A stretch of 64,000 nt of DNA from Candidatus Eiseniibacteriota bacterium (GCA_038231135.1 JBBRLX010000016.1:1-64000), one strand, 5' to 3'; positions 11,940 to 22,459 are shown, counted from the first letter of the stretch. The notes: generated by a model from the letters alone, not told the origin. Program-made: numbers and translations.

Positions 11940-13613
11940 TCAGTCACGCAATACCTGGTGAACGTGAGCCACCGCGATCGAGCCTTCCCCGACCGCCGGA
12001 GCCACGCGCTTGAGATTGCCGCACCGGATGTCGCCGACCGCGAACACGCCGGGCAGGCTCGTCTCCAGCAGATGCGGCGCCCGCGGCAGCGGCCAGTTCG
12101 CTTCCGCCAGATCCTCGGGTGACAGGTCGGATCCGGTCTTGATGAAGCCCTTGTCGTCCAGAGTGACACAGCCTTCGAGCCAGCGCGTGTTCGGCACCGC
12201 GCCCGCCATCACGAACACATGCCGGATGTCGTGCGTCTCGACGGTCCCCGACCGGTCCCGCCAGCGAATCCGCTCGAGGTGCTGGTGGCCTTCGAGCCCG
12301 ACGATTTCCGTGCGGGTCCTGAGCTTGATGGTGGGACTCTGTTCGATGCGCCGGATCAGGTAGCGCGACATCGTCTCGGCCAGGCCGTCACCGCGGATCA
12401 ACATGTGTACGCGCTTCGCGGTCTGCGCGAGGAACGTGGCGGCCTGGCCGGCGGAATTGCCGCCCCCCACCACGATCACCTCTTCGTCGCGGCACAGCTG
12501 CGCCTCGATGTAGGTCGCCCCGTAGTACACGCCGGCGCCCTCGTACTCCGGCAGGTTGTCCACCGCGAGCCTGCGGTACTGGGCGCCGGTGGCGATGATG
12601 ACGGTGCGCGCCGGCACCGGCGGGCCGCCCTCCATCTCGATCACGTAGGGCCGGCGGTGGCAGGACAGCTTGCACGCCTGCCGGGCGATCATCACCTGCG
12701 CGCCGAATTTCTGGGCCTGCGTATAGGCACGGGACGCGAGCTCCTGGCCCGAGATCCCCAGCGGAAACCCGAGATAGTTCTCGATCTTCGAGCTGGAGCC
12801 GGCCTGCCCTCCCGGCGAATCCGCCTCGAGCACCAGCACGTCGAGGCCTTCCGAAGCCGCGTACACGGCGGCCGACAGCCCCGACGGACCCGCGCCCACC
12901 ACCACGACGTCGCGCACCTGGGTCAGATCGATGGCGTCGTTGAAGCCGAAACAATCGGCGATCTCCTGATTCGCCGGGTTCCGCAGCACCCGCTCGCCGC
13001 GGCAGATCAGCACCGGCATGTCCTCGGGGCCGATGTGGAAGTGGTCGAGCAGTTCCTGTACGTCGGGATCCCGGTCGACGTCGACGTAGGTGAACGGATG
13101 GCCGTTGCGCCCGAGGAACTCCTTGATCCGGACCGTGCCGCGGCAGTGGTTGGACCCCACGAGCACCGCGTCGCCGATCCCGCACGCGATCAGCTCCACG
13201 CGGCGCAGCACGAACGCCCGCAGCAGGATCTCCCCCAGCTCGGTGTCGGTCTGGACCAGCGTGAGGAGCTCGTCACGATCGACCTCGATCACCTCACCCG
13301 CCGCTCCGGCCCGAACGCGCGCGAGGCTGCGCCGGCCGGACAGCAGCGTGACCTCGCCGGTGAACTGGCCGGGGCCATAGACGAGCACGATGCTCTCGGC
13401 CCCCATCGCGAGGCGGACGATCTCGATGCTGCCCGACAGGACCACGAACATCCGCGGGTTCGGCTCCCCGATGTCGTACAGAACCTCGCCGGCGCCCACC
13501 GCGCGCGACCGCCCGTGCGCTGCGACCCGTTGAATCTGGGCCGGCGTCAGCGTGGGAGTCAGCTGTTCCGGCTGCGGCGGCGGCGTGAGTTGCGGAGCAG
13601 CGATTTCGGTCAT
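11940..13613 (-). CDS. Cyclic nucleotide-binding domain-containing FAD-dependent oxidoreductase (TrxB-like)
   Basis: N-terminal cNMP domain (GQFTGE), glutaredoxin-like middle, GAGPSG, IIATGA, VGGGNSAGQ, TSLPGVFAVGD; start placed at MTEIAAP. Confidence 0.9.
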   Translation of the reverse strand: MTEIAAPQLTPPPQPEQLTPTLTPAQIQRVAAHGRSRAVGAGEVLYDIGEPNPRMFVVLSGSIEIVRLAMGAESIVLVYGPGQFTGEVTLLSGRRSLARVRAGAAGEVIEVDRDELLTLVQTDTELGEILLRAFVLRRVELIACGIGDAVLVGSNHCRGTVRIKEFLGRNGHPFTYVDVDRDPDVQELLDHFHIGPEDMPVLICRGERVLRNPANQEIADCFGFNDAIDLTQVRDVVVVGAGPSGLSAAVYAASEGLDVLVLEADSPGGQAGSSSKIENYLGFPLGISGQELASRAYTQAQKFGAQVMIARQACKLSCHRRPYVIEMEGGPPVPARTVIIATGAQYRRLAVDNLPEYEGAGVYYGATYIEAQLCRDEEVIVVGGGNSAGQAATFLAQTAKRVHMLIRGDGLAETMSRYLIRRIEQSPTIKLRTRTEIVGLEGHQHLERIRWRDRSGTVETHDIRHVFVMAGAVPNTRWLEGCVTLDDKGFIKTGSDLSPEDLAEANWPLPRAPHLLETSLPGVFAVGDIRCGNLKRVAPAVGEGSIAVAHVHQVLRD

Positions 13614-13692
13614 GGTTTGCACCCCGGGATCGTGCGGGCTCGGGCACCGGCTCGCCGTGTGGACGGATTGAATCATAGCCGTCAACCGGCTC

Positions 13693-13727
13693 TTGACAAC
13701 CACAGAATTAGAATGTATATTCTAATT
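13693..13727 (+). promoter_or_regulatory. sigma70-type promoter overlapped by a TetR-type palindromic operator
   Basis: TTGACA(13693-98)-17 bp-TATATT(13716-21); inverted repeat AATTAGAAT-gtat-ATTCTAATT (13706-13727). Confidence 0.8.
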
Positions 13728-13728
13728 T

Positions 13729-14382
13729 ATGACGACCCCAGGATCGCTCAAATCGGCGCCGCGGCAGGCGCGCAGCCAGCAGACACTGGACCGCCTGTTG
13801 CGCGCCACGGAACAGCTCCTCGAGAAGAGCCGGTTCGAGGACATCTCGATCCAGCAGATCCTGCGGCGCAGCCGGGTCAGCGTCGGCTCGTTCTACGCCC
13901 GGTTCCACAGCAAGGACGACCTGCTGCCGTTGCTGTACGCCTCCTACTCGGAGGATCTCGCGCTGCGCATGTCGGCCTGGCTCACGCCCGAACGCTGGGC
14001 CGGCATGACGCTCGCGGAGCGGATTCGCGAATGCCTCGAACTGGCGGTCGCCAATTATCGCGGGCGCCGGGGATTGCTGCGGGCGGTGGCGCTGCTCGCC
14101 CGGTCGCAGCCCCGCCAGGTGACGGCATCCGCGCTGCGGGAGCGCGTCGATCAGTACGACGCGGCCGCGCGGCTCCTGCTGCAGCGCCGCGGCGAGATTC
14201 GCCATCCAGACCCCGAACTGGCGGTGCAGACGGGGCTGCTGTTCACGCTCGCGGCATGCCGCGACAAGATCCTGTTCGCCGAGGCCCCGCACCCGTCGTC
14301 CGTGAACCTGTCCGACTCCCGGCTGGCGCTCGAGATGTCCCGTGCGTTCCATGCGTACCTGACCCACCCACCCTCGTTCTGA
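13729..14382 (+). CDS. TetR/AcrR family transcriptional regulator
   Basis: N-terminal HTH ..FEDISIQQILRRSRVSVGSFYARFHSKDDL. Confidence 0.92.
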   Translation: MTTPGSLKSAPRQARSQQTLDRLLRATEQLLEKSRFEDISIQQILRRSRVSVGSFYARFHSKDDLLPLLYASYSEDLALRMSAWLTPERWAGMTLAERIRECLELAVANYRGRRGLLRAVALLARSQPRQVTASALRERVDQYDAAARLLLQRRGEIRHPDPELAVQTGLLFTLAACRDKILFAEAPHPSSVNLSDSRLALEMSRAFHAYLTHPPSF

Positions 14383-14392
14383 GAGCCGACCG

Positions 14393-15853
14393 ATGACCCT
14401 TCTCACCGTTGCCATTGCCGCATCGCTGCTCCTCGCCGTTCCCGCTCGCGCGGATACGCTGGTCTGGCACGACTGGACGTACACCACGCACGAAGCCCAG
14501 CCGCGCACGATCACCGGGCAGGAGGCGCGCCTCACGCTGCCCGAGAACCCCAGACACCCGGGTGGCCCCATGGTCGAGCTCGAAGTGATCCGGCTGCCGG
14601 CCACCACGCCACATCCCGGCGCACCCACCGTGTATCTGCACGGCGGACCGGGCGGATCGAGCGCCGAGCATCTCGAGCAACCGGAATTTCGTGCCGTGTT
14701 CGACTCCCTGCGGACCGGGGGCGACGTGGTGTTGTTCGACCAGCGCGGCTGCGGGAAGTCGACGCCGACGCTGCTGCCCGTCGGAGCGCCACGGGTCGAC
14801 GCAGCCACGCTGGTCACGCGCGGCGCATTCCTGGACTATCTGTCGCGCTGCTCCGAGATGGTTCGCGATCGCCTGCGGGCGGCAGGCCACGATCCGCAGC
14901 AATACACCGTGCTCCAATCAGTCGAGGACCTGGAACGGCTGCGGCAGGCCCTGGGGGTCGCACGGATCAACGTTTTTGGACACAGCTACGGCACGCAGCT
15001 CGCACAGGCCTTCGTGCGTGCGTATCCCATGAGCGTCGCGCACATGGTGCTGGCCGGCTCGCGCGGCATGGACACCTCGCGCAAGCTGCCGGCCGAGGCG
15101 GACGCGTTCCTGGCCCGCATCGCCGCGCTGGCCCGGGCGGACACCACGGTGGGTGAGCGGTTTCCGGATCTGCTCGCCACGCTCGACCACGTACTCGCCA
15201 GGGTCGACCACGCGCCCGTCGGGGTGACGATCGACAACGTCCACAACACCACCCTGCAGGTCGGCGGCTACGCGCTGCGGTTCATCATCGCCAAGTTCTA
15301 TCTCAACGACCCCGACAATTTCCGCTATCTGCCCAAGCTGCTCGACGAGATCGATACCGGCCGGACGCCGTGGTCGCTGGGGTTCAACGTGATTCAGATC
15401 GTCCGCGGCGGCGTGTCGTTCGCGTGGTTCACCACCGACGGGGCGTCGGGCGTGACGGCGGCACGCGCCGCGACGATTCGTGACCAGGCGAAGTCGGCGC
15501 GGCTCGGGGACGCGATGAATTTCCCGTTCCCCGACATCGACAAGGTCTGGCGCATGAACGATCTCGGCGACGCGTTCCGTTCGCCGGTCGGGTCGGACGT
15601 GCCGGTGCTGTTCGTGGCGGGCACGCTGGACGGCATCACGCCCGTCGAACAGACGCGGCAGATCATGGCGGGGTTCCGGAACGCCCGGCTGCTGACCGTG
15701 ACGAACGGCGGGCACTCGTCGCAGTTGCGGGCCCCCGGCGTCGCCGGCACGATCGCGGACTTCATGGCGGGGCGGACACCCGCGGACCACGTGGAGCTGC
15801 CGCAGGTCGGGTTCATGCCGCTCGTGAGGCAGCGGGCGGCGGCCGGAGAATGA
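14393..15853 (+). CDS. Secreted alpha/beta hydrolase (TAP-like peptidase)
   Basis: Signal peptide; HGGPGG, DQRGCGKS, GHSYG nucleophile, GTLDGITP, GGHS. Confidence 0.9.
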   Translation: MTLLTVAIAASLLLAVPARADTLVWHDWTYTTHEAQPRTITGQEARLTLPENPRHPGGPMVELEVIRLPATTPHPGAPTVYLHGGPGGSSAEHLEQPEFRAVFDSLRTGGDVVLFDQRGCGKSTPTLLPVGAPRVDAATLVTRGAFLDYLSRCSEMVRDRLRAAGHDPQQYTVLQSVEDLERLRQALGVARINVFGHSYGTQLAQAFVRAYPMSVAHMVLAGSRGMDTSRKLPAEADAFLARIAALARADTTVGERFPDLLATLDHVLARVDHAPVGVTIDNVHNTTLQVGGYALRFIIAKFYLNDPDNFRYLPKLLDEIDTGRTPWSLGFNVIQIVRGGVSFAWFTTDGASGVTAARAATIRDQAKSARLGDAMNFPFPDIDKVWRMNDLGDAFRSPVGSDVPVLFVAGTLDGITPVEQTRQIMAGFRNARLLTVTNGGHSSQLRAPGVAGTIADFMAGRTPADHVELPQVGFMPLVRQRAAAGE

Positions 15854-15910
15854 CGCACGACCGTCCTCACCTGTGGGGACGCATCATGCCGGGGCGCGGC
15901 GCCGCATGGC

Positions 15911-16462
15911 TCACCGCAACTCCACGAGCTTCGCGGACTCGAAGTGCCAGCGACGCTGGGCCGCCGTCGCCCCGTCGACGACCGAGCGGCGCAGCACGTA
16001 GTGGCCCGCAAAGCGCTGCCCGGCGCCGGCGGTCGTCATGGCGCGGAGCGTGACGGGCACCTCGACGTAACGTGAGCCGGCGGCGCCATCCTCGCGGCCG
16101 GGCACGCCGATCGTCGCTTCGACGCGGGCCGTGTTCGAGAACCCGGCGGCGAACGGCTCGTACGTCCTCCCGCTCGCGGCGCCCGCTCCGCTCCAGGCTT
16201 CATATGCGGTCCGGTAGTCGCGGGCATTGATGGCCGCGTAGTAGTCGCGCACGACTTCCGCCGCGGCCGCCACTGATGTCGAGTCGAATTCGGCGGTCGC
16301 GGGCGTCGAGTCGACCGCGCTGCCGGTCGCGCCCGGCGCCGCGATCGCCGCGGGTCGCCCGCCGGCCTCCGGCGCCGCCTGGCGGGAGTCCGGCCCGCAC
16401 GCAGCGGCCGACACCACCAACGACAGCGACAGACAACCCAGCCACACCGGCCCCCGCTTCAC
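15911..16462 (-). CDS. Hypothetical lipoprotein
   Basis: GTG start overlaps the upstream stop (GTGA); lipobox-like SAAAC; VVRDYYAAINARDYRTAY..DGAAGSRYVEVPV. Confidence 0.75.
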   Translation of the reverse strand: MKRGPVWLGCLSLSLVVSAAACGPDSRQAAPEAGGRPAAIAAPGATGSAVDSTPATAEFDSTSVAAAAEVVRDYYAAINARDYRTAYEAWSGAGAASGRTYEPFAAGFSNTARVEATIGVPGREDGAAGSRYVEVPVTLRAMTTAGAGQRFAGHYVLRRSVVDGATAAQRRWHFESAKLVELR

Positions 16463-17580
16463 GACACGGCGCAACGATTCGCCCCTGCCTCGAGGTCCGA
16501 GGTGTCGCCGTCCGGCAGCTCGCCGGCCTCGTTGAACCCGATGATCGCCAGGTGATTCGCGGGCACCGGCGGGATGTGCGCGAGCACGTGTGCGCTGAAG
16601 TCCGCCGCCGCCGCCGGCAGCTTCACATCCCGGCGCACGTCGCCGAGTCTCGCTCCGACGACGACGCCATCGAACGCGATCGGCGTGCTCGAATGTGCGG
16701 GCAGCACCATGAGCTCCGGGTCGAGATCCAGCAACCGCCGCACGGAGCCGTGCAGCAACTCGGCGCGCAGCCGCGCGGCGTCCGGGTCGGCGCCGAGATC
16801 CGGCCGGCCGACGGCGGCCGTGAACAGCGTGTCGCCCGTCAGCAGCCAGCGGTCGCCGATCGTGTAACACATGCTCTCCAGTGTATGTCCCGGCGTGGCG
16901 GACGCGCGCAGCGACGTCGATCCGAACGTTAGATCGTAGCCGTCGCGCAACACCTGATACGGAAACTGGACACGATTCTGCTCGGGCAGCCACAAGATGG
17001 CACCGGCGTGCTTCGCCAGCGAGCGGGACCGCGACAGATGGTCCGCGTGGATGTGCGTGTCGAGCACGTGACGAATCACCCAGCCGCGGCCAGCCGCCAG
17101 CTCCAGGTAGTGCTCGGGGTCGAGCGCTGCGTCGACGACGATCGCGTCGGATCCCGACGCCACGAGGTACCCGATGCAGCCCTTGCCGGTGCGTCGCACC
17201 TGGATGAGGTGCGCCGCGGGCGCCGCGAGCTCCGCCAGGTTCCACGCCATGCTCCAGGCCTTCATGCCGCCGACCAGCGAATAGCTGTCGAACCCGCGGC
17301 GGTGCAGCAGGCGCGCAGCCGGCTGGCTGGTGATCCCCGCGGCGCACACGGCGACCACCGGTGCATCCGTCGTCAGCCGCAGACCCTCGAACGACGGCTC
17401 GCGGCCCGCGTGCAGCTCCTGGTACGCGTCCACGTGCATGCTGCCCGGGATGGACCACTCCTCGCGCTCCGCCGCCGGCCGCACGTCGACGATTTGGATC
17501 GGCTCGCCGTTCTCGAGCATCCGCCGGAGTTCCTCCATCCGGATGAACTTGAGCTCGGTGTCGTTCATCCGTTCGGCCAT
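16459..17580 (-). CDS. Rhodanese domain + MBL-fold metallo-hydrolase (persulfide dioxygenase-like)
   Basis: DVR..IPGS..VCAAG..LVGGMKAW rhodanese domain; DTHIHADHLS, TPGHT, TGDTLF, PAH. Confidence 0.9.
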   Translation of the reverse strand: MAERMNDTELKFIRMEELRRMLENGEPIQIVDVRPAAEREEWSIPGSMHVDAYQELHAGREPSFEGLRLTTDAPVVAVCAAGITSQPAARLLHRRGFDSYSLVGGMKAWSMAWNLAELAAPAAHLIQVRRTGKGCIGYLVASGSDAIVVDAALDPEHYLELAAGRGWVIRHVLDTHIHADHLSRSRSLAKHAGAILWLPEQNRVQFPYQVLRDGYDLTFGSTSLRASATPGHTLESMCYTIGDRWLLTGDTLFTAAVGRPDLGADPDAARLRAELLHGSVRRLLDLDPELMVLPAHSSTPIAFDGVVVGARLGDVRRDVKLPAAAADFSAHVLAHIPPVPANHLAIIGFNEAGELPDGDTSDLEAGANRCAVS

Positions 17581-17608
17581 GATCGAGCCTCCCTGCCCCA
17601 TGGGGCGG

Positions 17609-18310
17609 TCACTGGTCCGACAGCCGGTACCCGACGCCGGGCTCCGTGAGCAGCAGCCTCGGCCTCGCGGGGTTCGCCTCCAGTTTGCGCCGCAGCTGGG
17701 TCATGTACACGCGCAGATAATGGCTCTCCTGCGCGTGACCGGGCCCCCACACCTGCCGCAGCAGGTGCGAATGCGTCATGACCTTCCCCACGTTGCGCGC
17801 CAGCTCGGTGAGCAGCCGGTACTCGATCGGGGTGAGGTGCACCGGCGTTCCGCTTACCGATACGCGCCGCTTCTCCAGGTCCAGATCGAGGTTCCCGATC
17901 ACGAGCCGCGAGCCTTCGCCCGCCCCGATGCGCGCGGACCGCCGCAGCGCGACGCGCAGCCGCGCCAGCAGCTCCCGCACCCCGAACGGCTTGGTCACAT
18001 AGTCATCGGCGCCGGCATCCAGCGCCGCCACCTTGTCGTCCTCCCGGCCACGGGCCGAGATGATCAGGATCGGCACCTGCGACCACTCCCGCAGCCGGCG
18101 CGTGACTTCGAGCCCGTCCATGTCGGGCAGACCCAGATCGAGCAGCACGACTTCGGGCGCGTGACTCGCCGCCTGGACGATGCCGTCCTGGCCGGTCGTC
18201 GCCTCGACGATCCGGAAGCCATGCCCGCGCAACGCGGGTCGCAGGAAGCGCAGCATCTGCGGCTCGTCCTCGATGACCAGGACGAGTGGTTCGGGGATGG
18301 TCTCATCCAT
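17609..18310 (-). CDS. kdpE: KDP operon response regulator
   Basis: REC domain (EDE, LDLGLPDMDG, KPF) + OmpR winged helix (YLRVYMTQLRRKLE); overlaps kdpD. Confidence 0.95.
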   Translation of the reverse strand: MDETIPEPLVLVIEDEPQMLRFLRPALRGHGFRIVEATTGQDGIVQAASHAPEVVLLDLGLPDMDGLEVTRRLREWSQVPILIISARGREDDKVAALDAGADDYVTKPFGVRELLARLRVALRRSARIGAGEGSRLVIGNLDLDLEKRRVSVSGTPVHLTPIEYRLLTELARNVGKVMTHSHLLRQVWGPGHAQESHYLRVYMTQLRRKLEANPARPRLLLTEPGVGYRLSDQ

Positions 18311-21023
18311 TGCGGGCGACTCCCGGTGGATCTTCGGAGTCCTCGGGTTCGACGGCCGGAGCGCCCGTGCCGAGCGGCAGCGCGAACCACAGAATGGCGC
18401 CGCCGCCCGGGCGATTCATCGCCCGGATCCGCCCGCCGTGCGCTTCGACGATGCCCTTGCAGATCGCCAGGCCGAGGCCGACGCCGCCCGAGCGGTGGGA
18501 ACCCTCTCCACGATAGAACTTCTCGAACACCTGGGCCTCCTCCCCGGGCGGCAATCCCGGGCCACGGTCCGCCACGGTCACTTCGAGCATGGGGTCGTTG
18601 GCGCGTGCGCGAATCTCGATCAGCGTGTCGGAGGGCGCGTGCTTGACGGCGTTCTCGACCAGGTTGAACACCACCTGCTCGATCAACACGTCGTCGACGG
18701 CCACGAGCGGCAGATCCAGCGCCGTTTCGACGGTGACCGGCCGCTCGGACAGCAGGGGTTCGATGCGATGCAGCGCCGCCCCGATGATTTCCTCCATCGA
18801 ATGCCACGATCGCTTCACCTCGAGCGCGCCCGACTCGAGACGGGTCATGGACAGCAGATTGGCGACCAGCCGGTTCAGCCGCGCGGCCTCGTCCGCCACG
18901 GTCCGCAGCATCTCGCGCCGGTCGCCGGGCGTGAGCGTACCCTCGTCCTCGAGGATCGTCGACGCCACTCCGGTGATGACGGCGAGCGGTGTCCGCAGGT
19001 CGTGGGACACCGAGCTCAGCAGCGCGCTGCGGAGCCGTTCGGTCTCGGACTGCACGCGCGCGGCCTCCGCCTGATCCGCCAGCTTCGCGCGCTCGAGCGC
19101 CAGCGCCGCATGATTCGCGAACGCCTCGAGCAACCGGAACGAATCGGTCACCATCAGTCGGCGGATGTCGGACGGCAGGATCGCGATCACCCCGAGCACG
19201 CTGCCCGCCCCGCGCAGCGGCAGGTGCAGGAACCGGCTGCCCGGCAGCGTCGGGGTGCCCAGCCCCGCCGACTGGCCGGCGTCGAACGCCCACTGGGCGA
19301 CGCCCCGCTCGTGCGCGTCGACGCCGAGCAGCAACGGGTCCCCGGCGGCGACTTCGAGCCGGCCGCCCAAGCCGGGGAGCAGCACCACGGCCGCGCTCTC
19401 GAACACGTCCTGGAGGTGGCGCAGCGCCGCCGCGAGGATGCGGTCGCGATCCTGGAGCGCCACCAGCTCGGCGCTGAGCCGGGACAGCGCATGGGAACGA
19501 TGCTCGTCGATCCGTGCCGACTGGACCTGCGCCTGAAGCCGCGACGCCAGGGTGCCGATCAGCATCGCCGCGAGCAGCATCACCGCGAACGTCAGCAGAT
19601 ACTGGGTGTCGGACACCGCGAACGTGTAGTGCGGCGGCACGAAGAAGAAATCGAACGCCAGCACACTGAGCACCGATGCCAGCGCCGCGGGCCCGCGTCC
19701 GACCGAGACCGCCGCCCACATGACGCCCACCAGATACACCATGATGAGGTTCGCGCGTTCGAAGTGATCACGCATCAGCGCGGCCACCGCACTGCACGCG
19801 ACGATGATCAGCACGGCACGGCCATAGTCCTGCCAGCGGGGCGGCGCCGCCGCGGCCCGCGGCGTGCGCCGCACGCCGGCATCCTCGGCGTCGGCGCTGA
19901 TGACCATGACGTCGATGCCCTCGCTGTGGCGGACCAGCGCGTTGACCAGCGAGCCCGACAGCGCTTCGCGCCAGCGCGGGCGCGTCGGCTTGCCCACGAC
20001 GATGCGCGACGCGTTCCGGCTCTGCGCGTACGCGATCAGCTCGTCGCTGACGCGGGGGCCCGACAGCAGCGCCGTGTCGGCGCCGAGCTCCGCCGCGAAA
20101 TCGAGCACGTCCACGAGATGGTCGCGACCCGCCCCGACCGCGGGACCCACGGGCCGCTCCACGTGAACGGCGACCCATTCCGCCTTGAGACCCTCGGCGA
20201 GCCGCCGCGCCGCGCGGATCAGCCGGGGTGCCGCCGCGGGATCGCCGATGCCGACGATGAGCCGTCCTCCCACCGGCCAGCGTCCGCCGATCCCCTCGGT
20301 GCGGCGATAGCGCTCCATCTGGGCGTCCACCCGGGTGGCGACCTGACGCAGGGCCAGCTCACGCAGCGCGATCAGGTTGCCCTTGCGGAAGAAATGCTCG
20401 GCGGCGCGCTCGGCCTGCGCCGGCAGGTAGACCCTGCCCTCGGTCAGCCGCTGCAGCAGATCGTCGGGCGGCAGATCCACCAGCTCGATCTCGTCGGCGC
20501 GCTCGAGGATGGAATCGGGAACGGTCTCGCGCTGCCGGACGCCGGTGATCTCCGCGATCACGTCGTAGAGGCTCTCGACGTGCTGGACGTTCAGCGTGGT
20601 GCAGATGCCGATACCGGCGCCCAGCAGCTCCTCGACGTCCTGCCAGCGCTTGCGATGCCGCGAGTCCGGCGCGTTGGTGTGCGCGAGCTCGTCGAGCAGC
20701 AGCAGGCCCGGTCGGCGCGCCAGGGCGGCATCGAGGTCGAACTCGTGGAGGGTCGTGCCGCGATATTCGATGGCACGCCGGGGAATGACCTCGAGGCCCT
20801 CGAGGAGCGCCGCGGTCTCGGCGCGGCCATGCGTCTCGACCAGACCCACGACCACGTCGACGCCGGCGCGGCGGCGCTCGTGGGCCTCGATCAGCATCGC
20901 GTAGGTCTTGCCGACGCCGGCGGACGCGCCGAAGAAGATCTTGAACTTGGCCCGTCGGGCCTGCTCCTCCTCGGAGCGAATCTGCGCGAGCAGCTCGTCG
21001 GGATTCGGCCGCCGATCGGTCAC
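18303..21023 (-). CDS. kdpD: Osmosensitive K+ channel histidine kinase
   Basis: GASAGVGKTYAML, DELAHTN, Usp domain, 4 TM, GAF, SVSHDLRTPL, GVGLGLAIC. Confidence 0.97.
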   Translation of the reverse strand: MTDRRPNPDELLAQIRSEEEQARRAKFKIFFGASAGVGKTYAMLIEAHERRRAGVDVVVGLVETHGRAETAALLEGLEVIPRRAIEYRGTTLHEFDLDAALARRPGLLLLDELAHTNAPDSRHRKRWQDVEELLGAGIGICTTLNVQHVESLYDVIAEITGVRQRETVPDSILERADEIELVDLPPDDLLQRLTEGRVYLPAQAERAAEHFFRKGNLIALRELALRQVATRVDAQMERYRRTEGIGGRWPVGGRLIVGIGDPAAAPRLIRAARRLAEGLKAEWVAVHVERPVGPAVGAGRDHLVDVLDFAAELGADTALLSGPRVSDELIAYAQSRNASRIVVGKPTRPRWREALSGSLVNALVRHSEGIDVMVISADAEDAGVRRTPRAAAAPPRWQDYGRAVLIIVACSAVAALMRDHFERANLIMVYLVGVMWAAVSVGRGPAALASVLSVLAFDFFFVPPHYTFAVSDTQYLLTFAVMLLAAMLIGTLASRLQAQVQSARIDEHRSHALSRLSAELVALQDRDRILAAALRHLQDVFESAAVVLLPGLGGRLEVAAGDPLLLGVDAHERGVAQWAFDAGQSAGLGTPTLPGSRFLHLPLRGAGSVLGVIAILPSDIRRLMVTDSFRLLEAFANHAALALERAKLADQAEAARVQSETERLRSALLSSVSHDLRTPLAVITGVASTILEDEGTLTPGDRREMLRTVADEAARLNRLVANLLSMTRLESGALEVKRSWHSMEEIIGAALHRIEPLLSERPVTVETALDLPLVAVDDVLIEQVVFNLVENAVKHAPSDTLIEIRARANDPMLEVTVADRGPGLPPGEEAQVFEKFYRGEGSHRSGGVGLGLAICKGIVEAHGGRIRAMNRPGGGAILWFALPLGTGAPAVEPEDSEDPPGVARNG

Positions 21024-21071
21024 GGCCGATCCCGTGATGCCCTGGCGGCGGCCGCGGTCAGCCCGCCGCGG

Positions 21072-21872
21072 CTACTGTCTGCGTCCGGACACGAGATCGA
21101 GATCGACGTCGAGCTGCATGCTCCACATCCAGCGCGAGCCCCCAGGTTGCAGCTCCTTCTCGAAGAAATACACCGGTCCGATGAGCAGATCCACGGCGGG
21201 CGTGAAGTACAGATACGTTCCTCCGCCGGTAGCACCGAGGGCATTGTGACCCGTTTGAATGTCCCACGCCAGGACGAGCTTGTTGAGCCGCGGCACGCGA
21301 ACATCACGTGACGTCCAGCCGGCCAGCAGGCCGGAACGAGCCTCATCACCCGCCGCGGAACGGAACAGCTTCTCGTTCGTGCCGTAGTAGGCGCCAACCT
21401 GAGCCATGCCGAGCGGGGTTGTCTTGCCGATGACGGCATACAGCTCGTTCTGGTCGTTCACGTCCTTCCTGAGTCCCGCGCCGAAGATTCCCAACGACCA
21501 CGCCGGCTGACGCTTGAAGTTGGCGTCTTCCGGGGCGCCCACCTTCGCGTTGAACACGATGGGCACGGAGACCGGACGCCCGGCATCGAGCGTGGGATAG
21601 AACAGATCGAAGCCGGCCTCAGCCTGAAACATCTTGCCGGGGATCAAGCCCATGGTCAGTCCCGCGTCGACCGGATACGCCGCTCGTGTCCCGAAGTAGC
21701 TGTCGTACGTTGTGTGAAGCACTCCATAGGGTTGAACCAGAGGCGTCGACGGTGCCCAGAAGATCGTGGATGGCGTCGCGCTCGCCGGCATCGCATGGAC
21801 GGCCGCGACACCACACGCACAGACCATTCGGAGCATCCACCGGCTGCGCGGCTCTCGGACGATTCGAATCAT
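21072..21872 (-). CDS. Hypothetical exported protein, probable outer-membrane beta-barrel
   Basis: Signal peptide (..AMPASA); aromatic/Gly-rich alternating strands ending [11 protein letters not shown]; start overlaps the kdpC stop. Confidence 0.65.
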   Translation of the reverse strand: MIRIVREPRSRWMLRMVCACGVAAVHAMPASATPSTIFWAPSTPLVQPYGVLHTTYDSYFGTRAAYPVDAGLTMGLIPGKMFQAEAGFDLFYPTLDAGRPVSVPIVFNAKVGAPEDANFKRQPAWSLGIFGAGLRKDVNDQNELYAVIGKTTPLGMAQVGAYYGTNEKLFRSAAGDEARSGLLAGWTSRDVRVPRLNKLVLAWDIQTGHNALGATGGGTYLYFTPAVDLLIGPVYFFEKELQPGGSRWMWSMQLDVDLDLVSGRRQ

Positions 21873-22459
21873 CTGGGTCTGGCCTCCGCATCGCCCGCGT
21901 CGAGCGCGAGGTTGAGTTCGAGGACGTTGACGGTCGGTTCGCCGAGCAGCCCCCAGGTCCGGTTGCGGGTGTGGCTGCGCACGAGCGCGCGCAGTTGCGC
22001 CGGCGTCATCCCGCGGGCGCGCGCCACGCGCGGGACCTGGTACTCCGCCGCCGCCGGGCTGATGTCGGGATCGAGCCCGCTGCCCGAGGCGGTGACGAGG
22101 TCCACGGGCACCGGCGTCCGCGCCGCGGGATCCACGGCCTCGAGCGCCGCGATCCGCGCGCGCGCGGCGTCGATCAGCGCCGGGTTCAGGGGCCCCAGGT
22201 TGGAGCCGCTGGAGTTCGCGGCGTCGTAGGGCACGGCCGACGTGGCCGACAGCCGGCCCCAGAAGTACTGCGGAGCGTCGAATGGCTGGCCGATGAGCCG
22301 CGAGCCGACCGCATGGCCGGCGCGCACGATCAGGCTGCCGTTGGCCTGGAACGGAAACACCAGCTGCGCGATGCCCGTGACCGCCGCCGGGTAGACGACG
22401 CCAGTCAGCAACGTCATCGCCAGCAGCAGCACGATCGCGGGTCGAAGTTCGTGGCGCAT
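21869..22459 (-). CDS. kdpC: K+-transporting ATPase subunit C
   Basis: [58 protein letters not shown]. Confidence 0.95.
   Translation of the reverse strand: MRHELRPAIVLLLAMTLLTGVVYPAAVTGIAQLVFPFQANGSLIVRAGHAVGSRLIGQPFDAPQYFWGRLSATSAVPYDAANSSGSNLGPLNPALIDAARARIAALEAVDPAARTPVPVDLVTASGSGLDPDISPAAAEYQVPRVARARGMTPAQLRALVRSHTRNRTWGLLGEPTVNVLELNLALDAGDAEARPR

Noticed and set aside
18180..21311. 1043-aa plus ORF
   Set aside because: Antisense to kdpD; no motifs
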